Part shown: positions 40,240-51,372 of the stretch, in pieces
Position numbering within the stretch: position 1 is the first letter of the stretch
Layout: every line of letters starts with the position of its first letter
Assembly (NCBI GenBank): GCA_051453625.1
Contig: JBOZIK010000001.1
Coordinates: forward strand, 44,667,989 to 44,719,360
Direction: 5' to 3'
Length of the DNA stretch: 51,372 nucleotides
DNA from: Welwitschia mirabilis
Taxonomy: Eukaryota
Made by a program: the position numbers and the translations under genes
Notes under the pieces: generated by a model
Seen by the model: only the letters and a program-made list of their open reading frames with translations
What the model was told of the DNA's origin: nothing
Databases searched by the model: none

Positions 40240-42272
40240 TTACATGCTTTAATTGATCATTGCATAAGTTCACATGAGTATCTATTATATAAACATTATC
40301 TACTTAATTTATAGTAAGAACAACAACATTTATTTTCTCATGCATGATTTCACATTTCAATTTTTCAAACACTATTTTGTGACATTTGTCACATAATTTA
40401 CTAATGCTCAATAAGTTATGCTTTAAATCATTTACATATAACACATCATTAAGTTTAAGTAACTTACTTCCTTTAATGCATCCTATACTCTCTATTCTTA
40501 TCTTTTTATTGTTTCCAAAGGTAACATCTCCTTCATTAATACTTCTTAAGTGTTAAAAATTTAATCTTTCTCTTGTGATTTGCTTTAAGCATCCACTGTC
40601 TAAGTGCTAACTATTTGCACTTAATCTTTTGATATGTATCTGTGTTGAAAGACCTTTAAGATTGTTAGCTCTTACCCACTTAGTTTTATTAGACTTATGT
40701 GATATACTTCTTTTAGAAATAAATTTAAATGGCAAGGAATTCGCTAAATATGAAAAAAGCATTAACTTTATAATATTACAAAATAACTTTGAATGTCCAA
40801 TTTTACTAAAAAAAATTAGATGAAACTCTAGAAGTAAACTTACATTACCTATTTATCTATTTTTATGGATTATGAAAAATGAAACGAATACCTAATTTAT
40901 TTCCAGTAGGTTTCTAAACTTCAAGCATCTATTCTAACTTAAAAATATCACCAGAAAATTTATTAACAAAGAAAGATAGATCTTTTACATGTACCAAGAG
41001 ATTGGAGTTTACAGATTTTAGCAACTTATACTTAGTTTAAATTTCATCCTTTTGTTTGGTAAGGGACTTTACTACTTTGTTTAAATCATTTATTCTTTTT
41101 ACTAGCTTTTCACATTCTTCATATACTTTATGACATGTATACTCTAGCTCATCTTGTTCTTTATTAATTATGTCCAAGTTACTAGGCTCTAATGTACTAG
41201 GTAATTTCTTAAGAGAAGGCATAATAGACATGAATGATAATCTTCTATTTCTATTTGACTCTTAACTTAAACTACTGACATCATCATTATCATTTTCATT
41301 ATCCTATATTGAAATAAAATAATAATTCCTTGATTTCTTGTTGTCTCTTTTAGTGTTTGGGAACTTATTTGTCATATAACCAAATACTTTGCATAAGTAG
41401 CATTAGATTTCTTTACCTTTATCTTACTTTTTCCTATATTTTAGATGATTTCTTTTTGATTTTTTACTTGACTCACCTTCCTTTTTCTTTTTATGTAGAA
41501 ACTTCTTCAATTTTATGGCTAGGAAAGCCACTTTATTATCATCTAAGTCTTTATCTAAGTTTTCAAACTTGTATTCTTCCTGCACATATTTCAAGGCAAT
41601 ACATTTCTTCTTATCTTTAGCAAATTTAAGTTCATAAGTTTATAGATTACCTTATAGCTTTTATAATTCCATTGCATTTATGTTTTTACTCTCCTTAATG
41701 GTTATGATCTTTGATTGAAATATCTTTGGCAGAGATCTCAATACCTTTCTGACCACCTATCCTTCATTTAACCATTCTCCAAGACCTACTATAGAGTTTA
41801 TAATATCAATGAGTCTTGTAAAGAACTCTTGTAAAGTTTCCTCCTTGTCCATATGGATGTTTTCAAGTTTAGAAATAAGCATTTAAAGTTTTCTTTGCTT
41901 TATAGTTAAAATTCCTTCATGTGGTACCTTAAGAATATCCCAAGTCTCTTTAGCATGTTTACAATTTACTATACATTTAAATTCATTTGCACAAACTGCA
42001 CAAAATATCACATTAAGAGCACGAGTATCTGTGGTGGATTAGATTTTGTCAGTGGTAGTCCATTAATCTCAGGATTTGGAAACTAAAGTGGTATTACCAT
42101 TGGCATCCATTTGTAACAACATAGGCATAGAATAATTCTTATAGATAACTTCTTCTTTATCAACATCTAGGGATCTAAGAAAAATTCTTAGTCTAGCTTT
42201 TCAGTATGCATGGTTTGACCCATCAAACATGGGTGGATGTTCGATGAAAAAATTATTAGATAGATTACTCAT
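40240..42272 (-). pseudogene. Decayed copia gag, protease and pre-integrase region of element G
   Basis: From ATG at 42272: MSNLSNNFFIEHPPMFDGSNHAY*KARLRIFL. Zinc-knuckle remnant CYLCKVFGYM (~41370-41402). Protease HLDSGCLKQIT..GDVTFGNNKK and VLYVNDLKHNLLSISKLCDK. Confidence 0.9.
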
Positions 42273-42324
42273 TGTAGGGTTCTAAAGTCTAAATCAGTTA
42301 AAATATAAAGAAATACTTAACTTA

Positions 42325-42336
42325 GCTCTGATACTA
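42325..42336 (-). promoter_or_regulatory. PBS complementary to initiator tRNA-Met
   Basis: gctctgatacta is the reverse complement of TGGTATCAGAGC with one mismatch; it lies 2 bp from the LTR. Confidence 0.88.
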
Positions 42337-42338
42337 AT

Positions 42339-43803
42339 TAATAGCATCAAGAATCTAGAAGAGGAGTAAATAGGTTCTTTAAAAAATTAAACAACACAAA
42401 CTCACAATATAACAAAAACTTGTTCAAAATAACTTACTAATAAATTTGTGCATGCAAAGAAAAGGTAATAATATTCATATTAATGAAACTAACTAAAAGC
42501 ATAAAATACCAAATAGATGTACATAGGATTTTATAGTGGTTTGGAAAGCCCCTTACTCTACTCTCGATGATCAGCTTATTTCCAAGCTTAATTTAGATCT
42601 TTGTTACTCCTTTAGGTATTAAAGGTTCACTTGTATCCTTTACAAATAGACTTTTATAGGCTAAGTTTTAATCTTTCAATGGACTTTTGCAGGCTAAGTC
42701 TCAACCTTTCAATACACTTTTGCAGGCTAATTCTCAATATTTTACAATGTAAGATAGTGATGCAATAATACCAAGATGCATAGATATCACTTAATCTTTA
42801 GTACAATAGATTTAATAGAGCTCTTCTTATGAAAATAATACAACAAATGAAGCACTAGATCTGATGTTGAATGTATAGATACAATAGATGATAATCTTAC
42901 TTGATCAAGAGTACAAAGCCAAGATGCTATAGTAGATATCATAATATTTAGTCCTTTAATCAAGAGTCAAAAAGTCCTTTTATCTTTTCTCTCTTAGCTA
43001 TTTATATTGAAATGCTTTTAGGGTTTATTACAATTGAAAATGCACTTTCAATAATTATCAATAGCTAGGAAATGGATATCTAATGGATACAAAGTAGATA
43101 TAAAAATTTAGTTTTATTCTAGTCAGTTAATACCTCAAAAATCTGATCGACCCCATCTAGTGCTGTGACTTATACAAGTTACCCAAATTTTAGATCATCC
43201 CATTTTCTTATGGCTTCATGTATGATTGATCCCTTAGGATCTGGTAGACCCCCATCTGGTTGTCTGCAATTTTATTTGATCACCTACTAGTCCTAATAAA
43301 AGATCATTCTAATTTCCTATATCAAGTCTAGTTAAACCCTTTAGGTATTTGATTGAACCCATGATGATCAGCTCATGGATATTAGCTACATAGTAATTAA
43401 GTCTAATCAACTCCTTCAAAGATCTAGTTGACCCATTAACAATCATTTTAGGAGTACTGTTACTAGGTTTATAATTTCGGTTGACCCCATTTGATTTAGG
43501 GATACTGTTCTCAAGATTATAGATCCAGCCGATCTCATAAAAAATCTGATCAATCCCTCTGAGTTTAGTTCAACTTTAAGAGTATGCTCTATGTTCAGTC
43601 GATCCCTTAAAAGTCTAGTTGATACCTCAAGAGGGTAAGTAAACTTGATAGGTTTTTAGTGATTAGATTTTGATATTTATAGCTTTAGCATTTAACCTGT
43701 AAGTGATTAGCATCTTCTACATAAGATATACAAACTTTGATACATAGAAAAACATTAGTTAACATTAATTGGTAAAATATAATATAACATAATCATGTCA
43801 ACC
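42339..43803 (-). repeat. 5' LTR of Sirevirus G
   Basis: Direct repeat of 36254-37693, adjacent to the PBS. Right boundary uncertain by a few bp. Confidence 0.88.
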
Positions 43804-45339
43804 AATTGGTCATAGACATCCATGCATCTCTCTATATGCATGATGTCATAAAACTTATAGGTCTCTGAAGCAAAATATAATTCATGGGTATTAATGATCC
43901 ATCTTAAACATAAAGTTGTTAATCTTTGGTCCATCCTTAGCTCTATCCAACTTACAAAGTTACCAAAATATCTCTTAATATTGATATCAATTGTTTGAAT
44001 AAACTAAGAATATCCCTATCATGGTGGAGGGTGTACGGGCTCAATGCACTCTATCATTAGTGGAACTAGAGGGTTTTCCTCCTACTTGACTATCTTAGCC
44101 TCTACATTAGCTTGCCTAGCTCTACATGTGCATGGCCTAATCACATACAAATATAGTAAATCATGCACATCAAGTGAAAACTGCAAAAAATTACATTTCA
44201 TGAAAGCTCTAAAACAATGTTACAAAGCAAATTTTTGTGTGTAAAATCTATGAAAATACATCTTTCCCTCTCCTCTTCTCTAAAAGGAAAATAATACATT
44301 CCATATTAGGTAATGGAGTAAAAAAAAAATTCAAAAGTTTAGTGGACCCCACATAAAGTCAAAAAATAAAAGTTCTCTAATAAAAAATCTAATCTATTAA
44401 AAATGTAGAGCTTGTAACAATGATCAATTTTGACTAAAAAATCATGTCAATATAAAATACAATTTGTGAGAAAATGAGTTTTAAAGATAAAAACCTAATT
44501 CAACCTTATAAAATGTATAATTTCAGATTTCATAAAAAAGTACATGGTAAAAACTAAATTCATAAGTTCCAAATTGAAAAGCATAAAAAACTAAACACGT
44601 AGGTCCAAACTATGCTCCAAAAGGCCAAGAAATAAGAGAAAAAATCAAAAATATGTAAAAGAAGGGAAACACAACTAACTTTCAAAAATTTGATTGGATC
44701 TAGCAATTTGGTACATGAGACTTATGAGACGTGGCCCTAAATCAATGGTAGGCCTAAGCATAAAATGTGTCTCATGAAAGAATGAAGTAAAAAGTCTTAA
44801 AAATGGTAAAAAATAGTGTAAAAGAAAGGTATCCCACAATTTTAATACATTATCATCTACTTGCATTATCTAGACCATAGCCCTAGGATAAGTGTCAAAA
44901 AAATCTAGACTATCATCCTACCTTGTCATTTAAATAATAAAGTAAATGATAAGGTTTTCTTAATTTTTGCAAAAATTAAGTCTTAATAGTCAATAGGTTT
45001 AGCTCAGATCTCTGTGTAAAGAATGTTAGATTTAAAAAATAAGGATTCAAGAAGATTTTAACAATTATGAAAATGTAAATGACTAAAAGATTAGGTGATG
45101 AAAATGTGCTATGTGGAATGAAGCATGTGTGAGTTTTGAACAAATATGCCTTATAAAAATAGCATGTGAAACACCAAAAGACCAAAAAAATGAAGATCAC
45201 AAAAATTTTAAGAAATCTTATCTAATTAGAAAATTAGTTTTTATTGAAAATGAATAATCATTAAGAAAAAGACTAGTAAATGTTAAGGTTTTAAAATGAT
45301 AAGAAAATATGATGAGAACTTTGAAATGACTAACTGAAT

Positions 45340-46590
45340 AAAAGTAGAATGAAAAAAATGGACATAATAAACATGAAGAAGATATCCTACCTACCCTAAA
45401 TTCTAATGTAGTAATATTTTATGGAAGAAATTATAACATCACTTAATTTATAATGCATGGCTACATGTACAATTATGTAATATTCCATTTAATAAGTAGT
45501 GGTTATGACAATGCTAAAAATAAAATGCTCTAAAAAGTGAGTATAAAGATCAAAGAGTTTTCTAGAAATAAACTCACTTGCTTATATCATAAAATAAACA
45601 TCCAAATCCTCCAAAGTAAAATGATCATGTGGGAAGACTAAGAGTCTAAAAAATAAGCAATGCTTTTAATGACACTAGAAACATCATTAATCACATAGCC
45701 TTGTTTTAATTCCTTGATTAGTTAGCCTACTAATTTCTTTTCTTTAGGTGTTGAACAAGTTTTACTAACCTTCACAATTTCTTCTAATTCTATCTAGGCA
45801 TCATCTAAGGTAATATTGAAGAGGTTTCCTCCACAAGAAAAATTTACAAGTAGTTTTGTGTGTAGAGGCAATCCACTATAAAAGTAAATTTAGTTGTACT
45901 ATTTTTGAAAAAGGATCTACTAGATTAGAGTGAACTTCTAAAAAGAAACATTTATATGTAGAGGCATAGTCTTAATTTGGTTTTTGTTAAAAGTTTATTA
46001 CCTCTCTTTTTCTTTTTCTTATAATTTCTTCATCATGAATCTTTTTATAAAGGTTTCCTGGACTTGATCCCATGTTTTTAGGCTTTTTGAGGTAAAGTTT
46101 TTAGCCAAAGTTTTGCCCTGCTTTTTAAAGTCATGAGAAAGATCATCATATATGTTTTATGTGTTATTCTTTTCTTTCCATTTCTCGAGGTGAGGATACA
46201 TTGTTCGATGTCTCTAATATGTTGAATGAGATCCTCATCTTCTCCACTAAAATTTGTGTAAGCATGTAAATTTTTAAGCTCTACATCATCCCCTGGTGAT
46301 AGGTCAAGTGGTGTTTGAATTTATCTATTTTTGTTAGCTAATAATTCTCTAAGGGTGAGATTGGTAGAAGATCCTACTACTTGTTTTTCTTTATAGGAAG
46401 CACTCGATATTATAGGTTGGTTCTCTTCTTCTATAGGTTTTTCATTAAGGAAATCATATTCAGAAAAAATAAATATAGGAGAAGGATTGAGTGCATCTAG
46501 AGATTGTTCTTTCGATTCTTTTTCTATATTCACCAGTCCTTCTTTGAGGTTCTATTCTATCAGCTTCTTTTCTCTAAGATATTTCTTCTA
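45340..46590 (-). mobile_element. Athila-like remnant H: 3' non-coding region joined directly to gag
   Basis: 45385-45700 is homologous to 20970-21310. From ~45705 the minus strand encodes gag. Confidence 0.72.
45710..46590 (-). pseudogene. Decayed retrotransposon gag (element H)
   Basis: ORF 46321-46533 (LTLRELLANKN). FSGEDEDLIQH, a frameshifted KQGK-LWLK segment and YFYSGLP..FSCGGNL motifs. Confidence 0.8.
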
Positions 46591-46637
46591 TTAAGCCATG
46601 TAAATGGGTCACTACCCCCTTCCCCCTAAAAAAAAGC

Positions 46638-46800
46638 CATAATGTGTATGAAAATTTAAAAACTTTACATTATAAAAGCTTTAAAAATTTTGAAAATGAG
46701 CCATGTAAATGGGTCTTTTGCAGGGCAGGAGGCGCGGCGGGGGGAGGGAATTTTTAAAGCTTTCATAACATAAAATTTTTAAATTTTCATACACATTATG
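46638..46800. repeat. 52-bp inverted repeat (46638-46689 / 46749-46800) around a GC-rich spacer
   Basis: Arm cataatgtgtatgaaaatttaaaaa...aaagctttaaaaatt and its reverse complement, about 4 mismatches. Confidence 0.9.
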
Positions 46801-46945
46801 CATTACTTATCATTTATCTATAAGATGTGTTTTTATAAGCCTATTATTATGATTTCCATATTATCTTTTGAAAAATAAATTAGCTTGCAATCATATTTTT
46901 TTTGCCTAGTTTTGTTAGGGACTGATAAATACTAAGTGGAGGTTA

Positions 46946-48160
46946 TATTTTACTACCAATTTATAGCTATTTGATGGGTTTTATAAGTTGTTTTGCAGGA
47001 CTTTTATACATATTTAGTAGAATTCTAAGGATTTTGAAGATATAAGAGGAAATCTTAGAAAAGTGCAGTTATTATCTAAATTTGATGAATTAAAGGCACT
47101 TTCTGATGAACAGAGCTTTTCATGACACAATTGCTAAGTTTATACTTAATAAAGATATTAAAGAAGATTTTCATCCACTCTATCATCCACATAATAGGCA
47201 TGATGACAACTGATTACATGGACTACTGAGTTATAATTTTGAAGATATTTTGTAATAGTCTGTTATCCCCCATGTTGTCCAAATGAAAGCCCAAATGACA
47301 TTGACATGTAACTATCACTGAGAAGTTCTCTCAGTCGTTTCGCTTATTTCTGAGTACCTAATAAGCACGTGTAATCACACCTTTTATTTACCCGTTTTTG
47401 TTATATTCTTCCTATAAATAAAACCTCCTTTGACTCTTCTATCATATTTGATGCATCAGAAATTCTCGTGATAAGAGAGCAAAAGGTGGGAAATCTATCT
47501 TGAGAGTTACAAAAAGATGAGCACTTGGTAGAGGGCTAAGTATCTTTTATTAAGACCCAGCTATTTTGTAACCTAGATACTTGTTACTTTTAATATAAAT
47601 CTTTGTTTTCTTCATATGTTTATATTATTTGCATTGTACGATTTCTTATGTCTCTTATAGTTTAATGTTACCCAAGATCTCATGATAATTTCTTGGATGA
47701 TATACATTATCAAGGGTAGCCCTTATTAGGACTAAAAAGTAAGTAGGGCTAGAATCATTTTGCATTTGCATGTTAGTTTAGATTGCATACTGCACATTGC
47801 ATGGTAATTTATTTTTTACATTGTTCTTTATTATTTCTAGTTCTTAAGATTTAATCGCAAAACCCACCTAAGTCCCTGAGCTATTTTGTAACTCAGATGT
47901 TATCACTCTTTTAATATAAAACTTAGTTTTCGTTTCATGTTTTTATCTTAGTTTTTCTGATTACCCTTATGGTTTATGATTGTCCTTGATCTAGTGACAA
48001 TTTCTTAGGTAACATAGATTATTAAGAGCAACCTTTGTTAAGGATGAAAGCAAGTAGAGTTAGGATTATTTTTGCATTACATGTTAGTTTAAATTGCATT
48101 TTTCATTTTGCATTGTAATTTTATTTCTTGCATTATTATTTATTTCTAGTTCCTAGTATT
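46946..48160 (+). repeat. Athila-like 3' LTR (I), preceded by PPT aagtggaggtta (46934-46945); runs into a gap
   Basis: Pre-PPT ttgttagggactgataaatactaagtggagg. Starts tattttactaccaatttat, like the other LTR starts. Inverted homolog at 48440-49339. Confidence 0.8.
47555..48160 (+). repeat. Two-copy ~320-bp tandem duplication inside LTR I
   Basis: agctattttgtaac...ttatttctagtt(c)ct units start near 47559 and 47879. Confidence 0.8.
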
Positions 48161-48439
48161 NNNNNNNNNNNNNNNNNNNNNNNNNNNNNNNNNNNNNNNN
48201 NNNNNNNNNNNNNNNNNNNNNNNNNNNNNNNNNNNNNNNNNNNNNNNNNNNNNNNNNNNNGAATAATGTTGTCAATTTATTACGATGATGTATTAATGCA
48301 TGCTTTTACATTCAGACAAATTTTATTATAAATAATTAAAATAGATATTATTCATAATACATCATGCTAATATAGTGGGAGTAACCCAAAATGTTGTATC
48401 TCATTGAATTCTATCAATAAAGGACTCAGGTTACTTTTA

Positions 48440-49339
48440 CAAATAATCTTAGGAACTAAATGATAAATAACAATGCAAAATATAAACTACCATAAAAGGT
48501 GCAAGATGCAATCTAATATAACATGCAATGCAACATGATCCTAATCCTACTTCGCCTTTCAGTTGTAACAAGAGTTGCCTTGATAATCTATATCATCCAA
48601 GAAATTATCACAAGATCTTGGATAAAATTAGACTATAAGGAACATAAGAAATCCTACAATATAAACATAAAATAAAATCAAGATTTATATTAAAATGATA
48701 ACAATATTTAGGTTATAAAATAGTTGGGTCTCAACAGAAGATACTCAGCCCTCTACCAAGTTCTTGTCTTTCTGTAACTCTCAAGATAAATCTCTCATCC
48801 TTTATTCTCCTATCATGAGAATCTCTGATGCATCAAAGATGAATAGAAGAGTAGAATGGGGATCTTATTTATAGGAAAATACAATAAAAAATGATAGACA
48901 GAAGGTGTAATTATGCAAATCCATTTAGTGCTCAGAAAAAGATGAAATAACTGAGAGAATTTGTTAATGAGAGTTACATGTTAGTGTTATTCGAGCTGTC
49001 ATTTGGATGACATGGGGGATGATAGATTATTACAAAATATCTTCAAAATGTAACTCAATAGTCCACATAAGCAGTCATCGTCTTACCTATCATGTGAATG
49101 ATGGAAGGGACGATGGTCTTCTTTAATATCTTTCTTGAGGAGACACTTAGCCATTTTATTATAAAAATCTTTATTCACCAGAAAGTGTCTTAAATGCATC
49201 AAATTTTGATAATATTTGCACTTTTTCAAGATTTCCTCTTGTATCTTTAAAATCCTTAGAATTACACTTAAACATGTATGAAAGTCCTACAAAACAACTC
49301 ATAAAACCCATCAAATAATCATAAATTGGCAATGCTATA
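48440..49339 (-). repeat. Athila-like LTR (J), inverted copy of LTR I
   Basis: The reverse complement matches 46946-~47850 (e.g. 48690-48770 vs 47520-47605). No PPT beyond 49339. Left limit uncertain. Confidence 0.8.
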
Positions 49340-50648
49340 CTTATTTTAATGCACTTTTATCATAGAATACTAGGTTTTCAATGTACTAAAAATTAAAATA
49401 GGTTTACTTCTAGGTAATGTTGGTTCATAAAAGTTTTTTTTTTTTTTTTTTAAATCTAGGGATCCTATGGATCTTTTTCATATCATGTGATTCTAATGAA
49501 TGATAATAATTAAAGTTCTTCTTATGTGAAATTTATGTTGTTAGTGCCTTATGTAATTGAGGCTTACCTTCATTTTATCATATTTTCTTTTGGATGTTCA
49601 GGTATATATCTTAGATGGACTTTAATATAAAGTTTATGTGATTTTTCACTATTTATTTTATTGTGTTAAAACCATTCACAAAGTGTACACTTTGTAGATC
49701 TAAATCTCTCACATGAATTATGTTTTTTAATGATTAGAGTTAGCTCTATCAAGATTGTTCATTAATGTTTTAGTATTAATAAAACAATAGGCCATCTTTC
49801 ATAGGAGTTTTATTCATCATTTTTCTAATGTACCATGGTGCCTTCTGATAGATCCATGATCTTCATGATGGTTCCACATGAGTTTAAATTTTTCCTGTGT
49901 TACCTTAATGATTTTCTTAGGTCTTTAACATTCCTTATGGACTACTAGTAATAATTTAAAATATCATTATCATGTCAGATTTAATCTTAAAATAAACGTG
50001 CATATGCAGGATTAACACTATCTATTTTTTACATCATGTTGTAAATTCATCTCTGGATTTCATAACATTTTGCTATGATTTAGTGTCTTATCTATGTTTG
50101 ATAGTCTATTCATCTTCTAAGTGGTGTCTAATTTAACATAGATAAATGTTCTGTTATATGCTCTCATGCTTTATTTATATTATAAATCCTTGATGGCTAC
50201 GTGATTAGCTTTCACCTTCTTCCATTAGTCTTTTGGTGATGTTCTAACTATCATCATGTCTAATCTTAAAGGACATAGAACGTGCTTTACATCCACTTCT
50301 AATGATTTCACAAAATATTATAAATCCTTATAATCCTTAATGTATCATAAAGCAAGATTCTATAGAAATTATTTACTGTATCCTTAGTTTGAATAACAAA
50401 GGGGATGTAATGGAAAGAAGAAATTAAATGCAGTACATTGTTTTAATTCATGCAATCAAACATGAAGCTTGGTGCTGATAGAAAATATTATCCCTTTTAT
50501 AAAGAAAGAGACATAACTAGGATATGATCTCACAGAAACATTCAAAAACATTGATCAATCAAAATGCTTCCATATTTAGGAGCAATTTAATTTGTTTCAT
50601 ATTCTACACTATGTAGTATTGTAGTGATTAAGTGCTAGCAACCTTAGC

Positions 50649-50812
50649 TCAGAAGAAACATGCATATGAGAAGGGCTAAAAAGGCAATTTATAATAAAGT
50701 TAAGGAATCCTTGAGTTGAAAAGATGTAAAATCCGAAATAGAGTCAAGAATTGAACAGTTTAGAAAGAAAATGATGGAAGATGTTGCTATAAAAATTGAG
50801 AAAGAGAAGGAA
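50649..50812 (+). pseudogene. Decayed fragment resembling plant ARGLU1-like (At1g10890-type) arginine/glutamate-rich protein
   Basis: Translates as SEET/[frameshift]/MRRAKKAIYNKVKESLS*KDVKSEIESRIEQFRKKMMEDVAIKIEKEKE. It aligns position-for-position with the recalled ARGLU core EETARRVEEAIRKKVEESLNSEEIKxEIxRRxEEGRKKLxxxVAxQLEKEKE. Confidence 0.55.
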
Positions 50813-51372
50813 AAAATTAGGATATATTCTCCACTAACATTCAGAGAACTGAATTAAAGCAAAAAATCCTTCAAATTTTTACCATTAATGAAAGGCATAG
50901 GACTAGAAACATGCCAATATTTTGGTCTTTAACATAGCCATTGGTGGATCCATTGTGGGCCCCTTAGCATAGGCAACTATTTTGAAGAGAAAGGAAAGAT
51001 TCATACATGGATGAACCAATAGTTTTTAGAAGGACTCTAAGACCCAAAAACTAGTTGGATAACTACATTGATCCTTCCAAGACCCAAAAGTTATTTTTAT
51101 TAAACTTGTTTCAATTCAACCAAATACTCCACACTTGACCTCATTAATCTTGTAACAAGTGGCATGTATTGGTATTTCAATCCAACTTGTATGAAGATTT
51201 TAGACCTTTCTCCATAAGAATATGATGAGGCTCCTCACCTCTTATCAATTCCATCAAAATCTGGAAGTGGATTATGTTTAGCCTGTAAATAACCACAATG
51301 TCATAAAGGCTACTCTCCAAGAGTTTCTAGTAACTTAAAAAGACCTTGAAAGGCCATCTAAAATAAGAACTT

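Larger units (their letters stand above)
36254..43803 (-). mobile_element. Sirevirus (Ty1/copia SIRE/Maximus) element G with two LTRs, gag, protease and env-like ORF; INT core and RT missing
   Basis: LTR pair, tRNA-Met PBS, copia gag and protease motifs, multiple upstream PPTs (ccccttttgacatcaat at 38652), and a degenerate AGAGGGGGTGAATAG LTR-end signal. Confidence 0.9.

Noticed and set aside
36249..43810. Target-site duplications for elements F and G
   Set aside because: The 5-bp flanks do not match convincingly at the boundaries I inferred, so none is claimed.
49434..49451. Poly-T run as a possible LINE/SINE or retrocopy tail
   Set aside because: No TSD, Pol III boxes or LINE coding remnant recognised next to it.
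51120..51372. Minus-strand peptide DFDGIDKR*GA, faintly like CACTA Tnp2 transposase
   Set aside because: Too short, and flanking motifs are not found; it cannot be supported without a search.

Overview
This is very AT-rich, CpG/CHG-depleted plant (eukaryotic) heterochromatin-type DNA from a gapped short-read assembly. It consists almost entirely of old, nested and decayed LTR retrotransposons, and I see no intact protein-coding gene. Left to right: (A) a minus-strand Athila-like Ty3/gypsy remnant (1-4641); (B, C, D) three more minus-strand Athila-like copies (4642-27330), with one LTR at 17855-19693 flanked by a PBS on one side and a PPT on the other; a plus-strand Sirevirus (SIRE/Maximus copia) fragment (27331-29760); an Athila LTR plus PPT (29764-31443); a compact gag-only Athila-like element with two LTRs (31618-35862); a two-LTR Sirevirus that keeps gag, protease and an env-like ORF but lacks INT core/RT (36254-~43803); another gag/3'-region fusion (45340-46590); a small fold-back junction (46594-46800); two inverted Athila LTRs (46946-49339); and a decayed fragment resembling the plant ARGLU1-like (At1g10890-type) gene (~50650-50812). 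I did not find evidence for a genuinely new biological system. The most interesting items are the host-gene fragment, the shared-LTR tandem, the pol-less env-retaining Sirevirus, and the fold-back junction. Boundaries were read by eye and may be off by a few to tens of bases.
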